Positions 57,306-64,000 of a DNA stretch of 64,000 nucleotides are shown here, one piece after another. The stretch is from Octopus vulgaris (lineage: Eukaryota): NCBI GenBank assembly GCA_951406725.2, contig OX597821.1:107074001-107138000 (forward strand), given 5' to 3'. The position numbers and the translations under genes were made by a program. How positions within the stretch are numbered: the first letter of the stretch is position 1; each line of letters opens with the position of its first letter. Below the pieces are notes generated by a model. That model did not search any database. It was not told where the DNA came from and saw nothing but the letters and a program-made list of their open reading frames with translations.

Positions 57306-57535
57306 AGGCGGCGAGCTGGCAGAAACGTATGCACGCCGGGCGAAATGCTTATGGGTATTTCGTCTGCGTTACGTTGTGAGTTCAAATTCCGCCGAGTTCG
57401 ACTTTGCATTTCATCCTTTCGGGGTCGATAAATTAAGTACCAGTTACGCAATGGGGTCGATGTAACCGACTTAATACCTATGTCTGTCCTTGTTTGTCCC
57501 CTCTGTGTTTAGCCCCTTGTGGGTAATAAAGAAAT
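57306..57535 (+). mobile_element. tRNA-derived SINE, family 1
   Basis: Homologous to 13727-13960. Confidence 0.85.
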
Positions 57536-57628
57536 AGATATAGATACAGTTAGTTGGATATATATATATATACAGATATACATATACGTGTATGTATGTA
57601 TGTATATATATATATATCTATATATATC

Positions 57629-57702
<74 letters not shown>

Positions 57703-58223
57703 GTAATTGTGTATCAATCCTGTATCCACTCGTACTAAGGATTAACCTACCATATACTATTTTTACACTTTTAACCATATTCAACGTTTCCTTATTCTTC
57801 TCTAGGCTCTTCCTTTTTATGTTTTCCTCCATCTGTTGAAGCTCCATGTTTCACATAGATATTTTTAGCATGTCAATAACAATAGTAATGGAAGTAGAAA
57901 CAGCTCTTAGATGGGATGTAGTCTATTTGTATTGAATTAAATAATAATAATTGATGTCATTCAATTGTCTTTCCTCTATATTTCTCCATTTTCTCTCATG
58001 TATATAAATATAAATATATGTATATATGTATGTAAGTACTTTAGTAATGTATCAGTAGTGCTCTGTAAGTATTCTATTACACTTTTCTGTATATGTTTTT
58101 CTACTGCTGTTAAGCCTCTCCCAACTTCATCTGTCCCCATTTACAGTCGGTTGACGTCAGAGATAGGTTGTTGGGCTCCATACTCTTATTGTTTTGGCTA
58201 TTAATATTATTACTATTATTATC

Positions 58224-58306
<83 letters not shown>

Positions 58307-59196
58307 CATTCAGTGGTTTACTTTTATCACGCGCGTTCACTGACCTACAAAACGGAGCTGTGTGTGCCTTGGGTAAGTGTTATGGTTTGTTGTGGGGCTC
58401 TTATGGTTACTGTATTAAAGTGATTTAAGAAGGATTATTATTGTTGCTGTTTTTGTTGTTTTTTTATTTAGTTGTTCTTGTGGTTACTGTTTTTAATTAG
58501 TAGAAAAACTAGGTGAAAGAAGAGGACGAGCAAGAGCAGGTGGAACAGAAGAAAGAAGGAAAAACAAAACAAGTAGGAAGAAAAGAAATAAGGAAATAAT
58601 GAAATAAATACATGACCCAAAAAAGAAAATAAAACTTCTGGGAAATCCAAAAACATCAGTGGAGCATTATTAATTTTATATTGACGTCTTCAAAAAATTT
58701 CTGTTGTTGACATCACTTATTGTTATTGAATTATTAGAGGGTCGTAACATTGTCTGCTAGAAATAAAACCATTACTAACATTGGCCAATAGCGCGTCCAT
58801 GTGAACAGATTTTTAACTATTCACACAAACCCTCATCATTTCTTGAATAAGTGAGAACTTGTGTGACATCCCTATCACCTTTAACAAAGAACTGTTGCAA
58901 AGTCCGGGACAAAGAGAAAGTTTGAATGAATGATGGAATGAGAAAAAAATTAGTTGGTGGTAGAAATAATAGACCTAGTTGTAATGATGGCAGATTTTCC
59001 TCCATTTTTTTACCTCTATCTCATTTTCACATTTGGGAATCAAAAGGTGCAGGACGATTATCAGAAGGTAAAATATCACAAAAATTTAAAACACCGAGGA
59101 AATTGGGATAACATATACGACATCATTTATGATGTAATATGTAAAATAAAAAGTACGATATGAAAAAGTACGATTATATATTATTATATAACTTAC

Positions 59197-60143
59197 CGAT
59201 TTATTTAAACGGACTCCAATCTTCATCGTTGTGATCAGAAGAATCACGTTCAAAGAAGCCACAAACATAAAGGAATAGTAATAAGAGAGTATAATTTTGT
59301 ATGAATTATTTATAATTATATAAGTAGCAACACAACATCCAGTAATACTAATGAGTACGATAAATCCCGAACACAACGGAAATGATGCATTTGCTAAATT
59401 CAGTGTTTTACTCAGAGTATCATGTGAGTTACATATTTCTGGAATCTCTTTATATTTCTTAAAGAAATACGAAGTATTTGAATGCTTTTCTTTTACGTAT
59501 TTCTCGGCCTCACTCTCTACTTTATTAAACTCATACTGCAGTGCAGTCCCAATTGCCATATTGATATACCAATCATAGAGTAAGAACGTAAAAAATATGC
59601 AATCAAATACAATGAAAATTAATGAAATAATAAATTCAAGAGTTTTGATGCTGCTTAAATATTTTGTTGAGGAATTCCAAACAGAGCTCATGAGAATAAT
59701 GAATACGATTTTCATGAGAGCGAATAAAATAGGCGGCAGCAATACAACTATAGAAAGTGATATAAAAGAAAATATTATGTTATTGTTATAGAATTTTTCA
59801 TCGTCTTTTTCAATTTTAAGTACGGTAAATGTTTCGAGTATTTCTTTGTCTTTAGATTTTCGGAAGAATTTGATCAGACAGTAGAGTGAAAGCAAACACT
59901 GAAAAAATAGTGTATAAATAAATACAAATCTTTCATGAGATTTATGAAGCAATCCTATTATAACAAACATAGTTATAATGGGGATTGTAGTCAGATATGC
60001 AGGATACAGGTTATAAAAGGCAGAAATACAGACATTTTTACATTTGAGAGATTTCAGTAATATGTTCACAAGTAATATCTTAGAAATATTAATTTTCCCA
60101 TAAATTGTAGTAATTTATAGAATCATTTTTCTTTTAATTCCAT
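59197..60143 (-). pseudogene. Unit H: GRL-like exon with N-terminal stop and -1 frameshift; the last 291 codons and donor are intact
   Basis: ATG GAA TTA AAA GAA AAA TGA (CGA in most paralogues); one T lost in TTT TAT near 60102; 947 nt; open from 60069 to LNKS|GTAAGT. Confidence 0.8.
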
Positions 60144-60420
60144 ACTTTTTGTACTAAAATATTTCTCACAACTTCTATTTAGAGAGTTAAACTCGTTGAC
60201 ATAAAATACAGAGGCCTTATTTTTGTATAAGATATCTAATTCTTCAATTTCAGTACAGTGTTGCAAACCTCCGTTTAACGAAAAGACTGGAAGTAAAGAT
60301 ATCGGATAAAGCTGTTATATAATGTCTCCCGCTTTGTTTGTATGTAGGAATTATTTCAAATCTGTTGCTATGGATTTAAAATATATGTGAAATTGAATAT
60401 TACTCGATAAGCTTCTTAAG
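60144..60420 (-). promoter_or_regulatory. Unit H putative 5' UTR and promoter
   Basis: Minus-strand TATATAAC at ~60314-60321, GTTGCTATGGAT at 60364 and TAAGCTTCTTAA at ~60408. Confidence 0.55.
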
Positions 60421-61363
60421 ATATAAATCTTAAATGATTTATATTTAATCGACACTTTTTAAAGCTTATAGGAAAATGAATTTCAACAATCTATTATGAA
60501 TTTATGTGTGATATTACTTTGATGTTCATTTGACTTTCGCAAGTATATTGATTACAATATCGATATTATATTCTTCTCCATAAGTTTGCTTTGTATGAAG
60601 CGTTGGTTCCAAATTGATGTTTATGGAGTAGCTCTATTATCTGCGACGTATAAGAAGATTTGACATTTATATAAGATTTCTCTTACATATGTCATGTGAC
60701 TTAAATATAAATATATATATATATGTGTATATAATTGAAAGAACTTTTGTTAATGCAATTTTAAAGATGTTTCTTCACTTGACCGGTTTCACTTTTCTAG
60801 AAACATTTTGTCAAAATTAAAATGAAAAGCTTTGTAAAAGCTTTGTTGTGTTAAGTACTGGTTGTCACAAAATATCACAATACATATATACATTCTTTGA
60901 TAAAAAAATTTAAAATATTAAAAACAGTTTACAAGAAAATATCTTGAGAAAATATAAAAAAGTTTATTAGAAATATGAGAGAAACTGAAGTACAGCTGCA
61001 ATAGTTTCGTGGGTCGCAGAGTTAGGGAGCTCTGCTGAGGGAATCATAACCGACTGATCTCCTTCTAATTCATTCTTTCCTAAGCCTGGGACATTTGCGA
61101 ACACACGTTTATATATATGCGTGCATGTGTTTGTGTGTGTATTAACTGTTATATATATGTATGTGTATGAGTACAGTATAGACCGTATTATCTGTAATTA
61201 TCCATTTGATCAACATCATAAATCCATTCCATTAGGCGAAAATATATCAGTGGATGAATCACAGATGTAGGTTTATCTGTTTTTACCAAGATGAAGACTT
61301 ACGTAGTTATGTAGATATGTCCGTGTGTACTTGGAATGGAGAAATACTTGATCTTTACTTACA

Positions 61364-61451
<88 letters not shown>

Positions 61452-62174
61452 TACATGTATATACATGTACGTGGAAAACGCCCCTTGTACAATGGACAAG
61501 CATGAGTTATCAAGTATTTAAACCAAATTTTCTCAAAACAACTTGTCCGGCCGTTCCATATGCCTCGCCTTAGAGAAACACTGATTTAACCTAAATTTGA
61601 GATACTAGCAAAAGAAGAAATAAAGATAGACTTTTTTTCTCTTCCAAAGAAAAACGATTTATTTACACAAATAAGTAACCGAAGATTTTAAATTACCAGT
61701 AATGATAAGTTTGTTGACTGGGTGAACACAAACATGGTTTAAACAGTAAGCTTGGGAGGAAAGAAACGAACCTTTAAGCAGTACAAAAACAACAAAAAAT
61801 GGAAGATACAGTTATGTACAGGTTGACGGAAGAAAAGCAGAAAAAAACGGCTTTATCGATCACATTCTCACCTAGAATCGATTTTTGTAATTCTTTCAAG
61901 ACTTATACACGCCCCGATACCGTCGATATCTACATATCAAATTTGAGCGTAATCGATTGGAGGATACCCGAGAACCGAGAAGACATACAGACAGACAGTC
62001 AGAAGTGATTTTATATAAGCTGCATATATATATATATATATATAAATATATTCGGTTAAGTAATTGAGATTCAAGTGAATTCTAAAGAATTCACATGAAT
62101 ATGGTCCTTAACTAGGATGCACCGGAAATCTATATGGTGTTAACCATACGACAAGTGGGGTGATTACAAATAGG

Positions 62175-62509
62175 AAAAAAGCAACAAGAATGGATTAAAA
62201 TCTCGGTACGATCGTTTCGTACGAGGACATCTTTAATAAGCTACAAAAAATGCAGTGAATACAGATGGCTCGTACTCGTCAGCCGAAAAAACATCAGAGA
62301 ATTCCCAAACATCAAAAGGGGTAGATACAAAAGAGGTTGTAAGTTAATCTTACAACCTCTTTTGTATCTACCCCTTTTGATGTTTGGGAATTCTCTGATG
62401 TTTTTTCGGCTGACGAGTACGGGCCATCTGTATTCACTGCATTTTTGTAGCTTATTAAAGATGTCCTCGTACGAAACGATCGTACCGAGATTTTAATCCA
62501 TTCTTGTTG

Positions 62510-62516
<7 letters not shown>
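62175..62516. repeat. Near-perfect palindrome (~169-bp arms, 5-nt loop) of a Penelope pLTR-like sequence
   Basis: 62175-62343 is the reverse complement of 62349-62516; loop TTAAT. Confidence 0.92.
62405..62489 (+). ncRNA. Minimal hammerhead ribozyme (mirror copy on - strand at 62202-62287)
   Basis: TTCGG-CTGACGA-GTACGGG...CTCGTAC-GAAAC-GATC-GTA-CCGAG: intact core, stems I and II pair, palindromic stem III loop. Confidence 0.85.
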
Positions 62517-62553
<37 letters not shown>

Positions 62554-63199
62554 TTAATATTTATTCATCTTATCCCCATTCGTACTAAGCATTAACCGAA
62601 CAAGTACTAAGTTATCATTAGTAATCTGCTTAACAGCCCCACCCAAAAGGTACAGAAGCAAAATTGTATGATTATAACCTTATTCGACCATTCTTTTTTC
62701 TTCTATAGGCTCTTCTTTTTCCTATTTATTCTTTACTCTGAAGATGACCCAAGAAAGAAACCAAAACTTCTAGGAAATGCGAAAACATCAGTGGAGCATT
62801 ATTAATTATGAAATGACGTCTTCAAATATTTCTGTTGTTGAGATCACTCATCATTTCTTCGATAAGCGTGAACTTGTGTGGCATCCCTAACGCCTTTCAC
62901 AAAGAACTGATACAAAGTCAAAGAGAGAGAAAGTGTGCATGAATGATGGAATGAGAACAAAATTAGATGTTGGTAGAAATAATAGACCCAGTGGTAATGA
63001 TGGAAGATTTTCCTCCATTTTTTTACCTTTATCTCACCTTCACGTTTGGGAATCGAAAGATGCAGGATGGATATCGGAATATATCACATAAATTTAAAAC
63101 ACCGAGGAAATTTGGATAATATATTCGACATCTTTTGTGATGTAATATGTAAAATAGAATTGAAGAAAAAGTACGATTATATATTATTATATAACTTAC

Positions 63200-64000
63200 C
63201 GATTTATTTAAACGGACTCCAATCTGCATCGTTGTGATCAGAAGAATCACGTTCAAAGAAGCCACAAACATAATGGAAACGTAATAAGTGAGTATAATTT
63301 TGTATGAATGATTTATAATTATATACGTAGCAACACAGCATCCAGTAATACTAATGAGTACGATAAGTCCCGAACACAATTGAAATGATTCATTTACTAA
63401 ATTCAGTGATTTACTCAGAGTATCATGTGAGTTACATATTTCTGGAATCTCTTTATATTTCTTAAAGAAATACGAAGTATTTGAATGCTTTTCTTTTACG
63501 TATCTCTCAGCCTCGCTCGCTACTTTATTAAACTCATACTGCAGTGCAGTTCCAATTGCCATATTGATATACCAATCATAGAATATGCACGTAAATAATA
63601 TACATTCAAATAAAGTGCAAATTAATGAAATAGTAAATTCAAGAGCTTCAATGCTGCTTAAATATTTTGTTGAGTAATTCCAAATAAAGTTCATGATAAC
63701 GATATTCATCAGAGCGAGTAAAATTGGTGGCAGCAATACAACTATAGAAATTGATATAAAAGAAAATATTATGTTATTGTTATAGAATTTTTCATCGTCT
63801 TTTTCAATTTTAAGTTCGGTAAATGCTTCGAGTATTTCTTTGTCTTTAGATTTTCGGAAGAATTTGATCAGACAGTAGAGTGAAGGCAAACACTTAAAAA
63901 ATAGTGTATAAATAAATACAAATCTTTCATGAGATTTATGAAACAATTCTATTATAGTATACATAGATATAATGAGGTTTGTAATCAGAAATACAGGTTA
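63200..64000 (-). pseudogene. Unit I: GRL-like exon running off the window; probable 7-nt deletion near 63990
   Basis: Open from 63997 to LNKS|GTAAGT. Reads AACCTGTAT-T-TCTGATT where unit H has AACCTGTAT-CCTGCATA-TCTGACT, implying a frameshift relative to the N-terminus. Confidence 0.65.

Overview
AT-rich, repeat-dense animal genomic DNA. The SINE, Penelope and LINE content and the (TA)n/(AAT)n/(GATA)n load suggest an octopod cephalopod (inference). The only non-transposon coding content is a minus-strand tandem array of nine paralogous ~950-nt exons (units A-I). Each encodes about six transmembrane helices with gustatory-receptor-like (GRL / 7tm_7) features. Seven units keep an identical phase-0 splice donor (CG|GTAAGT) just after TM6, and six keep a conserved TATA-containing upstream region. 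I found no exon for the missing last loop and TM7 between the units. The best reading is a variable-first-exon chemoreceptor locus spliced onto shared 3' exon(s) left of the window, as in Drosophila Gr28b/Gr39a or clustered protocadherins/UGT1. Units B, C and D are intact, A has one homopolymer frameshift, and E-I are damaged. The spacers hold CR1-like and R4/Dong-like LINEs, Penelope-like elements with minimal hammerhead ribozymes and inverted repeats, a Tc1/mariner remnant, tRNA-derived SINEs and microsatellites. Repeat boundaries were read by eye and are approximate.
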